From Trypanosoma brucei (lineage: Eukaryota), in assembly GCA_000002445.1 (NCBI GenBank), contig CP000069.1:352001-416000 (forward strand): 64,000 nucleotides of DNA. The letters are read 5' to 3'. Below, piece after piece: positions 22,401-32,780 of the stretch. The notes beneath the pieces are model-generated. The model had not been told where the DNA came from, did not search any database, and saw only the letters and a list, made by a program, of their open reading frames with translations. The translations under genes and the position numbers were made by a program. Each line of letters opens with the position of its first letter. The stretch's first letter is position 1.

Positions 22401-24754
22401 ATTAACTCGCTATGGACCGCACTCACCGCATCTATCCCATGAAATGCTAGCCACACGCGGCGACATGCCCGGGTTTGCAGCAGAAGAACGGTTGAAGGCG
22501 TTCCATCCCTGGTGGTCAGCCACTGCACATCCGCTAAAGAAACACGAGGAAATACGAGTCTGAGCCTTATATAATCTTTGGAATCGGAGGAATCACCGTT
22601 GAAATGGCTGGTAGGGTTATCCTCACTATCACTGCCATAGGGAGAAAACGGCGGCTCGCAAGAACCCTCATTGGTGTTGTCGCTGTTACCACTGCGCTCA
22701 CTGTCGCTGACAACTCTACTTTTGATGTTTGTCACTTCGTTGCTGCGTGACGTCTTCTCTGTTCTTAACGCTACCCGTTCCTCCCCACGGCCAACGGATG
22801 CCTGTCGCCTGTTGATGTTGTCAAATGCACTGGCTAAAATAATGTCAGTTTCGGTTAGATATAAATAACAGGGGTGACCGCTGTTAGCTTTAACGCCAAC
22901 ACCACCGGGTGACAGCCCGGTACCTGAGTTATACAGAGCAGCCGTCCCCCCAGCGTTGGTGGTCGCGTCACTTGCGGCCAGCAGATGCTGAGGGAACAGG
23001 TCATAAAACCAAACTTTTGTAGTTTTTTGTAGGCGCCGCTGAAGTAAGTCTGCTTTTTCCATTGCTCTGCGACTAGGAAAGAAATCGCCCCTCGCGAGTG
23101 CCGATAAACGGCGCCTATATTGCCTCCCTACGTCCGGGGAGAATAGCCCACTCGCTAGGCGGAGAGTTAAAGAGGGGAGAAATCCTCCCGTGATGGCACC
23201 ACTGCACTTCGTCTTGATGGTGCTGTTGGTGTTACCGCCCCGTTCAGCTGCTATAGCATGCTCCGCCTTCTCATTGTCGTCACTGCTATCAGATTTTGAA
23301 ACGGCAGGAAGCTGCTCTTCGAGGCTGTTACTAGTTGCAGCGTAAGCTGCTGCGGACGATGACTCCGGCGTACCCGCCCTTCTTCCATCACCCAAACTCC
23401 ACTCAGTTTTTAAGACATGTTGTTGATTCCCCTGGAGGTGGAAGGCATCCACGAGAACATCTGTACAAACCGACAATACGGGGTATAGTTCCTTATCCTG
23501 CTTGACCTCGGGGACGCGACGGCCATCATCGGCAATGTTGCCAAGTTCCTCCTGCATCTGCTGCTGTTGCTGGCCTGAAGACACATCCCCCACACTTTCC
23601 TCCGCGCCGAGGGTTGAGGTTGCAGCGGACCACGTCGACACCGAACGCAGCATCGTAGGTATAAAACTTGGCGGAGTCAGCGCCTTTACTGATGGCATCG
23701 TACCCTTAGCATGGGATGTCCTCTCCCCCTTATCCGTGCCGCGCCCCGTTTGGAGTGTTTTCGGGGGTCCAAAATCGTCACAATCGTCGTAGCATGTGGG
23801 TTCTCTAACGTGTAGGAAACTTATCTCGTCGGTGGCGGGGTGGGCGGAAGTACTGATTGGAGCAGAAAGTGTTTCATGCATCATCTGTGACCACCCAAAA
23901 ATAATCTCCATGAGGTTATCCACTTCCTTTCCTTCTTCCTGTTGCCGTTCCTTCAACACCCTATGTAAATAGCATATGGCTTGCACAACTTGTTCCACCT
24001 GCCGGGTCTTACCATCGTGGTTGCCCAACTTTTGAATCACGTTGCAAAAACTTCCCTGTACACCGCTGTGATTGAGGAAGGCCATATTCCATAGCGATGT
24101 TTGCCTGAGAAGTGTTAGTAGGAGTCGCGTAGATTCCCCTATAGCGAATTTTTCACTAGGGAAGTCAGTTCCTCCGCAACCCGTATCTTGCTCTTGCTTG
24201 CTTCCTCCATCGCTACTCAAGAGCACTGAGCTGACTGTTGGAATCGTAACGCTTCGGTCAGTCTTAACGAAAAATACGAAACGTGGAGCAGGAGAATCCA
24301 TTCGGTTTCGTCGGGGCGTGTTCGACGTTTCGAGGGAGTGGGCCCAGTGGAACTGCAAAGACACACGTAAATCGCCACATGTAAGAGTTGATGCTAAAAG
24401 TTGACGCACAACGGGCGGCACCTCTAACTTGGGTGGCACTTCGAGTGCATAGCATCTTGCATCAGTTTCTGTCACGTCTTCCAACTCCACGCGCCGGGCG
24501 AGCACCAAAAGCGATGGACCAAGTCCACTCAAACGCATGCGCTGCCACTGAAGTTCCTCAGAAGAGCCCTCCACTTCGCCGAGCACACACTTTAGCAGTA
24601 TCATTTCAATGGGCGAAGCAACCCAGTTTGATGGTTGAACGCTTTGTTTCCTCTGATGATGTTCTCCACCGTCCCGTCCTCCCGCAAGAACACCACATGC
24701 TCCATCAGCTTGCGTATCGGATGGGCATGCCACTGGTAGCGTTGTTCTATCCAT
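19436..24754 (-). CDS. myotubularin-like phosphoinositide 3-phosphatase (large, 1772 aa)
   Basis: ATG verified at 24754-24752. It contains [49 protein letters not shown]. This is the myotubularin CX5R catalytic loop (CSDGWDRT) with the downstream conserved block (human MTM1: [49 protein letters not shown]). The catalytic Cys and Arg are present. Confidence 0.8.
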   Translation of the reverse strand: [1772 protein letters not shown]

Positions 24755-25623
24755 CGCTTCAAATAATGCAGGTTATGTGTCTTTGTATATTTATTCACCT
24801 ACGCCCCTCCTCTGACTGCGTTTGCCACCGACCACGCCGTCACTACCGATACTTTGCTCTGCTAAAAGCAGAAGCTCCCTTCCTCTCCTTAACCAAAACG
24901 TATGATAAAACTAAGGAAAGCAGAGGAGTTAAATCGTGAAATCGGTTGAACAAAGAAACTGCAAGAAATATGCTGGTTTCTACATAATTGAAGCGTTTCC
25001 TTGTTTAGAAACTTACCCGGACAACCTAAAACTTTCTGGTCACAATCATAAAGCAACCGACAATAGCAATCCCCTCTTACACCCCGGTTCCCTCTTTCGA
25101 GACTTGCAACTGCGTGGCAGCGGCGCAACACTAAAATTACGATCAGTTTCAACGGCACTCAGAGGTAGTGGCAAAGAACAGGAACAGAGAAGTAATGCTG
25201 AATCCACTTCAAGGAAGGGGAGAAGGGAGTAACGAAAGATCAACCCCCAGATCCATGCTGAGAACCAAACGAAGCGAATACTACATAATAAAGATGTGTG
25301 TGTTTGTGTGTATGTGCCAAATAAGTGGTCCAACCTCAGGTAGCAAACAGTTTAAACTGAGGCATCACTTACATGCCGATTCCACCGCAAGATACAAATG
25401 GAGGAGAGCAGATGATGGAAATAGGATACCCTTTTAAAAACTTGGTGACTGAATCCTCAATTACGCATCTCCCCCATCCTTCGACACGCTGCACCTCCGA
25501 TGTTACCCCTTCCTCCTTTTGTGGCTGGTCCATACGATATCCGCCCGTTTTCGATTTTCTCCCCTCCTTCCGACTTCTTTCGGTTGTTGTCTCCGTCGCT
25601 GCCTAGCACCTTCCAAGAGTATG

Positions 25624-27018
25624 CTACGCATTTTTCTTAGCATTTAGCGCTGCGGCAACGACGCTGCCTCTTCCCTCCGCATGATAGTCTTCCCCTCTTT
25701 GACTTTTCTTTTCGTCTCTACCTATTGGTTGGAGCCATTTCCAGCGGTTTTGTCTTTCTCGCCGTAGACTTTCATCCTGCCGCCGCAGCATAAGTATTAA
25801 AAGCAAGGCATCCACGAGAAGCATCAAAACCAAACCAACTGTGGCGTATACGATGCAATCATTCGCAGGACGTCCTCGCACATAGCCCAAATAATACCCA
25901 ACAGCCCCCCCAGAGAGAGCCATCAATTGCATATCAAACCCAATGGAAGCACCGCGGAGGAAGCTAGAAAAGGACTCCTCCTGTTTCCGGTTCTGTAGTC
26001 CCTGTGCCTCATCTTGATGAAGAGGAATGACTGGGTTGAACGCACCGTTGGCCCGCCTGTTGCTGGAGTGCGCCATGCTCTCATAGTACTGAGCAAACAC
26101 CGCTTGTTGTATCCTGTCAAGACGTTTATTCTTCTCTGCTCGGTGAGGGTTATTAGTTGGCGGTAACGCCGGGTTAATGATGAAAGAAACGGAGCGTCGG
26201 GACTTGCTCCACTCCGACAGGACTGTCTGCTTTTGAGTGCAGATTGCAATGACTTGGCGTAGCGAGAGGCCGCGGATAGAACGGCACACATGAAGGGGCA
26301 CAAGTACTACACATTCATGCGGAAAATCCGTGAACCGACTATGATCATCTTCTTCAATTTCTTCCTCCTCTGCTTGATCGCATCGTTGACCGTTGGTTTG
26401 ACAGGACAAAGGGAGGAGTTGCCTCATCAGGGTAGCAACAGCGTGGCGCACAAGCGCTACCAACCGTGTTAGAACCCACAAGTCCTCTGCCGTTCTGCAG
26501 CGAGTAGTTACATTCCTTTCCCTTGAAGTGTGGTTACTGGGCTCATCGGCCTCGCCAGCGAAGTGAAACTCATGACCGTCAGACGTTGGACGGGCCTTCT
26601 TAACCCATTGGAGCACTTGCTTTACGGTGATTTTTGCTACCCTACTCGTAAGTGGTGTGCTTTCGGGATAACAGTCGCTGGTAGAAGTTGCGAGCGTGGG
26701 AGATTCGACGAACTCGGCATGACTGGGTTCTACTGCATTTCTTGCCCTGTATGGTGTTTCTATAGGACTGTTGCCTCCTGGGACAGTTGCGACCCTTATG
26801 CCGTCTCCAACCTCATCTTCATCTATCTCACCGCTTTGTTGTCCTCTCTTCGCCTTCAGGGAGTGCCATAACCAACACACAAGCGACATTGTTGACGGTA
26901 GCTGAGTTTCCCTTAGTGAATCCCACTTGTTTTGAACAAATGACTGAACAGCGGTAGGGTCTCCGTGCCGGTCTAACAAGAGGCAAAGTACCACATCATG
27001 GGCAAGAATGTACACCAT
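25624..27018 (-). CDS. hypothetical protein (~464 aa) with C-terminal transmembrane anchor
   Basis: The track ORF starts at 27234, but its first 72 codons (MWCQCCLWWL...) look like 5' leader. The start was moved to the ATG at 27018-27016 (MVYILAHDVVLCLLLDRHGDPTAVQSF...). A C-terminal hydrophobic helix CIVYATVGLVLMLLVDALLLILML is followed by a basic tail. No family assigned. Confidence 0.45.
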   Translation of the reverse strand: MVYILAHDVVLCLLLDRHGDPTAVQSFVQNKWDSLRETQLPSTMSLVCWLWHSLKAKRGQQSGEIDEDEVGDGIRVATVPGGNSPIETPYRARNAVEPSHAEFVESPTLATSTSDCYPESTPLTSRVAKITVKQVLQWVKKARPTSDGHEFHFAGEADEPSNHTSRERNVTTRCRTAEDLWVLTRLVALVRHAVATLMRQLLPLSCQTNGQRCDQAEEEEIEEDDHSRFTDFPHECVVLVPLHVCRSIRGLSLRQVIAICTQKQTVLSEWSKSRRSVSFIINPALPPTNNPHRAEKNKRLDRIQQAVFAQYYESMAHSSNRRANGAFNPVIPLHQDEAQGLQNRKQEESFSSFLRGASIGFDMQLMALSGGAVGYYLGYVRGRPANDCIVYATVGLVLMLLVDALLLILMLRRQDESLRRERQNRWKWLQPIGRDEKKSQRGEDYHAEGRGSVVAAALNAKKNA

Positions 27019-27751
27019 CACACACCCTTCGAAAGTGCAAGAAACAAGCAAAGGGGAAGATGCCACACCATGTGTATGCACGTGTGAGCAGATGGATGGG
27101 GACAAACGAGGACGCTCACATTTTTTCCCCAAGAAGAAATAGGCAGTTTTTATTTCGTTTAAAACAAAGAGAGGCGTGATGCACCTGCGGACGCTGAGGT
27201 GATCCAGCCACCACAAACAACACTGGCACCACATTTACCTTTCTCGTTTCAGTAATGTGCACCCCCTTCACACGAGAAATGTAGCAGATATGCCCGCATC
27301 AGCGCACCAACTCATTCTGTACCTCCGATTGTAGTCGCAGATGCTTGTGTTTGCACGAAAGTCAGCGACGCACAAACAGAGGGATGTTGATGGGAGAAGG
27401 ATAAATGCACGTGAAAGAAACCATTGGTGGAGGAGGAAAGCACAGCAATCAGCATTCCATTCACCATACAGACTCTTTTCCTGCGGTCCCATTCTCTCTT
27501 GTTCTTATCATCCCCGACGCTATGTTTCAGCCCCGCACCTTCATCCCTCTGCACATAGTGATGTATGTGTCACTTGAGCTTCCAACAACTGAAAGTGATT
27601 TGCCGCCATTTTCCCAGCCCCCCTCCATGTTCGGTTGTTTCACTGGCGCATTTAACCCTGAGAAAGAGTAGAATACAGAGAGGACACGTTTCTAGTGACA
27701 ATCAACAGCCGTCAATGATTTCACAATCGCCGACATCCTTCCCTCCTACCG

Positions 27752-30700
27752 TTACCACGCATCAAACTTATTTTTCCGCAAAAAATCACGGCACCTCACT
27801 TCGTAGTCTTGTAGAAGCGAATGGACAGAGGAGTTCAGCATTTCCTTCAGTGCTATGACACCAAATGCGGTGAAACCACCATTGCCATATTGACTGCGGA
27901 ATGCTCTTGTATTTTTGTCCATAAGAGAATGGATAGGAACTACGAGTAGAGTAGGGTCTGGTGGTGCACCCGATGGCATCACCCTCCGCGATTTAATAAG
28001 CTTCTGAATTCGGTAAGGAAGGCTACGCTTCATATTTGAGTCAACTCCATCACCGCTTTCGATACTACTTGGTAGCGATGTAGCCGACAAGAAAGAACCA
28101 TCCGGTGATGAGCCGCTACACATCTGGGCTTGGGACCGCGCCTTCACCACGGCACGACGTATGGTGTTTTGATACATGGCACGCCATGGAGGCATCTTAT
28201 CATCATATAGAGTTGCGGCTGCTTGTAGTTCCGACTCTTCGGCTACCTTGCTGCATCGCTCCCATGTGGACCAGAAGAATTCTTCCACAGTCTTTTTCTT
28301 TTCTTCGTCTTCCTGAACAGATTCCGTGTAGAGTACAACGATGACACCCGCAAGTAGGACAGCCCGCTGTTCCACTGACTGAGAAATGAGCGACCGCAGC
28401 ACTTCCATACCTGCTGCAAACTCCTTGTGCCGGGTTGTATCGAGTGCGATGATCACCGTGGGATGCTCTCGTTGGCATTCACACGCCGCTACCTTGCATG
28501 CTGCCGGCGAAGATGTTTGGGTGTCTTGAGTCCACCGCAGTCGCGGAACATCGCGGAAATCCACAGCGTGCAACGCAATCTGTGTTTGAAGAAGCATCTT
28601 GGTTGACCCGCTAGGGAGGGGTCGCCGCCATGCGGCAGCGGCAGTTGAAAGAAGTCTCCACGCTGCCGGTGTTGTTTTTGCATCAGCGGCCCGTAGAACG
28701 TGCATTTGCTCCCATATACCAATGTGGTCACTGTCCCTGCTTTTCCCCAACTCGGCAGCGGATCCACCACCCTCATCGAAACATGCATCCATATCTGTTG
28801 ACTGAGGCGTTTTTGAGTGGTAGAGAATACCTTCCCTTAGAACTCTTGCCCGCTCCGCAGGCGGAAGCATCAGGGCAGCGATCCAATGCCCTAAAGACGG
28901 ATGCTGTCTGTCGGACAGCTGACTCGATACGAAACGGCTCCCAGCACCTCCACTGAGACCGGAGGATGCAAACAAAGATGCCCCATCCGTACCGGTGTGC
29001 TCGTCACGGTCGTCGTGTTCTCGCAGATCACTTCCAAAAACGATTATTTTCGATGTGAGACGGAGTATGGGCGTCTCCCGTGTCGGTGCATTTGTACTTT
29101 CATCGTGGCTGAGTTCCTCATTAAAATTTAACAACGAATCTTCACCTGTCTCACTGTACGGAATCATTGATGGTGTGAAACCTCGGCACATCCAACCTGT
29201 GATTTCCTGTGAGCGGGATCCACGACAAATGATGTCAGTAAGGTGCCGGCAAGCCGTAACATCGCTGTAGGAGGCAGAGTAGAAACTGACTAGGTAGCTC
29301 GTAAAAGTATCCACCCACTGTGGTAACTCCTGCAGTAACAACGCCACAGCAGAGTACTCAGCTCCAGTGGAAAAACAAAAGGGTAGCGGGGAATGTACCT
29401 GAAGCGACTGTTCACGTGAAGGTTTGGAAGGTGCACGCGGGAGAAGGGACACGTCCGCCTCAGACATCCGGGGCCACCGTTGCTCCTTGCCTTTCATTTC
29501 GTCTACACACGCCTTTATGACGTCTTTATAAGACACCAAACTGGGGCCACCTGCTTCCGGTAGTCTCGGAGCGGGGTCAACATCTGAGGAAGTTGCGCAG
29601 TGGGAGGTGGTTGGCACGCTCCGCTCACTTGTGTCTGTGTCCACTTTGCCTCGCTCAGCGCGCATTCGTTGCCTCGGGGCGTCCTCCTTTTGTTGCACTT
29701 CAGCTTTCAATGTTCTTTGTTCACTCTCCTCTTCCACCTCAGACGGCAGAAGCATAATCCTGTCGTCCACAGATGACGTGGTAGTGTCTAGAACGGTATC
29801 TACTTGTTGCCGACTTAGATAGGAACCTGGGATGGTAGCGTTGTTGTCGATTTCTTCTGAACGCGAACGTTTTAGTGCCGAATCTCCCTTTCCCTGCACG
29901 TTTTCCTCAACGTTCGCCTTTTGTTGTGTAGGTGAACCGGGGAACCCACTATGCAAATTTCCAAACGATATCGGGGGAAACTTTGACACACCAAAGAAAG
30001 CAGGAACCGCACTCTGTGAACCGAACAGCATGCTTCTGTTGCTCTGGTCTTGAGCCAGCGTTTCGTTGCGCTCTCCACTTTCACATTCCTTTTTGTTCGC
30101 CTGCTGGGGTCTCTCGGCGACGGCCACAATCTCAACCTCGGAATTCTCTGTTGATCGACTGCTCTCGCTCTCGGGTGCTTCAACAGTTGCGTGCAGAGTC
30201 GGTGACATCACACCTGGATGATCACTCGGCAGTGGAGTCACCGCTGTTTCAGCTCCACTTGATGGTTTGTACAACACCAGCTCTGAGGCATTTTCATCGA
30301 GCTTCTGCTGCTCCTGCTTCTCGTCCTCGTTATTCCTCTGTGAAGATCCCTGTGCGGCAGCATGTGCCTCATCAGCTCCTTTGATAGGGTCGGTAGCGGC
30401 TGCCGTATCTGGTAACTCCTTAGTTGTCTCTTTCTGCATATTGCTGCTTGCCAACTGGTATATCGAGGAGTTTTGAAGCGAATTGATCAGTATATTCGCT
30501 TCACGCAGAGCCTCGTCCTCCTCTCCATAATCGCTTTCATTGTTCAGCACATCCTCCTCGCCACACACTTCCTCAGCATGCAGGCCGAAGCCTGTCTCGT
30601 TGTGCGTCAGCTCAGTTTCATCATCGTCGTCAAATACGGAGCTACGCGTGGAAACGCTTTCCCTGTCCATCTCCGCCACAACCTCCCGGAGCTCTTCACC

Positions 30701-32446
30701 CAATTCATCACCCTTCATGCTTCCAGAAACACCATCGTATTCACAACCCATAGTAGCGTTTCCACCCCAACGGGAATCATCCTGAGCTTCTGTCTCCATT
30801 CCCTCACGCTTCACTTCCGCACGTGAAGCATTGTTAACACACCACGCCAACATGCGCTCCCGAGAGGCCTGTATACCATCAAACCATTCACTTCCTGCGT
30901 CCAACAATTCAAGCGCCGCTACATCCTCGTTGTAGGGCGGACAGTAAGGCTCCAACAGTTGCATAAGATTCACGGGGCAACGCATATTTTCGAGATCCGT
31001 TACGGGTGGTGACGATGCTCCTGACACGGTTCCCGCCGCATCGCCGTCGAACGCACTTGGAAACAACTCGAAAGCACGTTGCCAGACCGTAAAGCCGACG
31101 AAGGAGGAAAGTGTCGGTAGGCACAGACGTGGCTTACCACCGGTTTCTTCTAAGTGACGAAAAATTTGCTCTTGCGTGGTATACGGCGAGGAATCCTGCT
31201 GTGACAGACGTAGTACAGTACGGTCCTCACTTAGTTGTGGGCCCAGGCCCATCGTCAGCAGCAATTCCACGCAATGCTTTGGAGTAAAAAGCAACAGCTC
31301 TGCCAGTTCACTTACAGCCATGGAGCCCCGTACTCGACCTTTTCCGTACACCACTACGTTAGCTGTGACAAGGTCCACAACAGCGCGGAAGCGCGCGTAG
31401 CTAAAGGAGTGGGAAAGAATCGCACGTTGCAGGACTGTTAGTCGAGCAGTTCTACAAAGGTAGAAGAAGCGAAACCACTCACGTTGACACCAGCAGTGGA
31501 TAATTTTGAGCGCAATGCGCACGTGACGGCTGCGTGCCATGCAGGGAATATAGCTAAGCTCCCTATAAACACTACCGAAGTCTACACTGCTGCTTGGTGG
31601 TTCAAATACGGAGGTCGGTGCCGCAACTGTGGTGCCTCCAGAAACGGAACTAACCGTCACCTGTGAGACCCGAAAAAATCCTGCACGATTTTCAATTTTC
31701 GTCAGCTGGGAAAGACCGTAGAAAAGAATAACAGCAGAGAACATTTCTGAGTTTCTCAACCGTTGCTCCGCTCGATACGACACCACCAAATCACTAAAGC
31801 ACTGGGCAATAGACTCGAAAAAATTCTGCTTTTCCTGCACAAAGTGTCTACATCCCTCAACACTACGGCACAAGTTTGCCCCTCCCACAGAGAGTGCTGC
31901 TACAGTAAACTCCAACCAACGCAGGCGCCGACGCGACTCCCTCCTAACCATCTGCTTCGTCGTTATCGTCTCACACTGCTGTTGCAATATTCCTCCACGT
32001 AAATCTCCCCCTTCGTTGACATTCCCCTCAATACGCTCCCCACACCCATCGTCCCGCAGTTCTGCTCCTACAGGTGGTAACTGAGGCACCCAATTGGTAC
32101 GAACTTGCCGCATGCGGTCCCACAGATACCGCCACACGTCAAAGGGAGCCAGAAACACCGCTGAACCGTGTGGCTTCCGCAGGTAGTGTTGTACAAGAAA
32201 GTGCATGCTTTTTTCGAGTGCAGTAGGTGTACGCAAATGAGCCGGCTCCACAACAACACCTGCCGCTGACCGTCCGTATGGTTCGACAGCTGGAAGCTGT
32301 GAGATTCCATCGCCGGTGTTGTTGGCGCGGTTCCCGCCACAGAGAGCTGCCAGTTGACCACGCCTCGGTGGCTCATCTACCTTAAACTCACAAAAGGTAG
32401 AGAATGGTGGGGTAGACAGGGCAGCGCGAACACTGAGGCCGCTCAT
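27752..32446 (-). CDS. large protein (1564 aa) with SAC3/GANP-family motif near N-terminus
   Basis: ATG verified at 32446-32444. Residues ~70-115, FLVQHYLRKPHGSAVFLAPFDVWRYLWDRMRQVRTNWVPQ, resemble the conserved start of the SAC3/GANP (PCI-associated) domain (DFVWDRTRAIRQDxxQQ). The remainder is acidic, Ser-rich low complexity and unassigned regions. Confidence 0.5.
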   Translation of the reverse strand: MSGLSVRAALSTPPFSTFCEFKVDEPPRRGQLAALCGGNRANNTGDGISQLPAVEPYGRSAAGVVVEPAHLRTPTALEKSMHFLVQHYLRKPHGSAVFLAPFDVWRYLWDRMRQVRTNWVPQLPPVGAELRDDGCGERIEGNVNEGGDLRGGILQQQCETITTKQMVRRESRRRLRWLEFTVAALSVGGANLCRSVEGCRHFVQEKQNFFESIAQCFSDLVVSYRAEQRLRNSEMFSAVILFYGLSQLTKIENRAGFFRVSQVTVSSVSGGTTVAAPTSVFEPPSSSVDFGSVYRELSYIPCMARSRHVRIALKIIHCWCQREWFRFFYLCRTARLTVLQRAILSHSFSYARFRAVVDLVTANVVVYGKGRVRGSMAVSELAELLLFTPKHCVELLLTMGLGPQLSEDRTVLRLSQQDSSPYTTQEQIFRHLEETGGKPRLCLPTLSSFVGFTVWQRAFELFPSAFDGDAAGTVSGASSPPVTDLENMRCPVNLMQLLEPYCPPYNEDVAALELLDAGSEWFDGIQASRERMLAWCVNNASRAEVKREGMETEAQDDSRWGGNATMGCEYDGVSGSMKGDELGEELREVVAEMDRESVSTRSSVFDDDDETELTHNETGFGLHAEEVCGEEDVLNNESDYGEEDEALREANILINSLQNSSIYQLASSNMQKETTKELPDTAAATDPIKGADEAHAAAQGSSQRNNEDEKQEQQKLDENASELVLYKPSSGAETAVTPLPSDHPGVMSPTLHATVEAPESESSRSTENSEVEIVAVAERPQQANKKECESGERNETLAQDQSNRSMLFGSQSAVPAFFGVSKFPPISFGNLHSGFPGSPTQQKANVEENVQGKGDSALKRSRSEEIDNNATIPGSYLSRQQVDTVLDTTTSSVDDRIMLLPSEVEEESEQRTLKAEVQQKEDAPRQRMRAERGKVDTDTSERSVPTTSHCATSSDVDPAPRLPEAGGPSLVSYKDVIKACVDEMKGKEQRWPRMSEADVSLLPRAPSKPSREQSLQVHSPLPFCFSTGAEYSAVALLLQELPQWVDTFTSYLVSFYSASYSDVTACRHLTDIICRGSRSQEITGWMCRGFTPSMIPYSETGEDSLLNFNEELSHDESTNAPTRETPILRLTSKIIVFGSDLREHDDRDEHTGTDGASLFASSGLSGGAGSRFVSSQLSDRQHPSLGHWIAALMLPPAERARVLREGILYHSKTPQSTDMDACFDEGGGSAAELGKSRDSDHIGIWEQMHVLRAADAKTTPAAWRLLSTAAAAWRRPLPSGSTKMLLQTQIALHAVDFRDVPRLRWTQDTQTSSPAACKVAACECQREHPTVIIALDTTRHKEFAAGMEVLRSLISQSVEQRAVLLAGVIVVLYTESVQEDEEKKKTVEEFFWSTWERCSKVAEESELQAAATLYDDKMPPWRAMYQNTIRRAVVKARSQAQMCSGSSPDGSFLSATSLPSSIESGDGVDSNMKRSLPYRIQKLIKSRRVMPSGAPPDPTLLVVPIHSLMDKNTRAFRSQYGNGGFTAFGVIALKEMLNSSVHSLLQDYEVRCRDFLRKNKFDAW

Positions 32447-32780
32447 CGCTGTCCCAGCCGCTGTTGGTAGGGCACACGGTAGACCGGGGGCAAAATCACG
32501 AAAAATAGCGCAAACGCTTGATACCTTTTCTTCTTTTTTGACTATTGTTCGTGTGCTTCTCTACTCCCTCAATAAAGGATGCTAACGGCGAGCAGTAACA
32601 ACAGCAAGAAAGAAAGAAAACACCCAAGAGAGAGGAGGAAAGAAAATGCTGATAAACACTTTAACTTTTGTGAACAATCAATATATTTTCTTCACGATAT
32701 CCATCCATTAACTTGAAGATAAAACAGTCCGTCAACTGCCTCCAACCTTGCAGCACTTCTCACCTTTCGTTATATGCAAA

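Noticed and set aside
24388-24939. Plus-strand 183-aa ORF spanning the 5' end of the myotubularin-like gene
   Set aside because: It is antisense to a well-supported CDS and has no recognisable motifs or protein-like composition.
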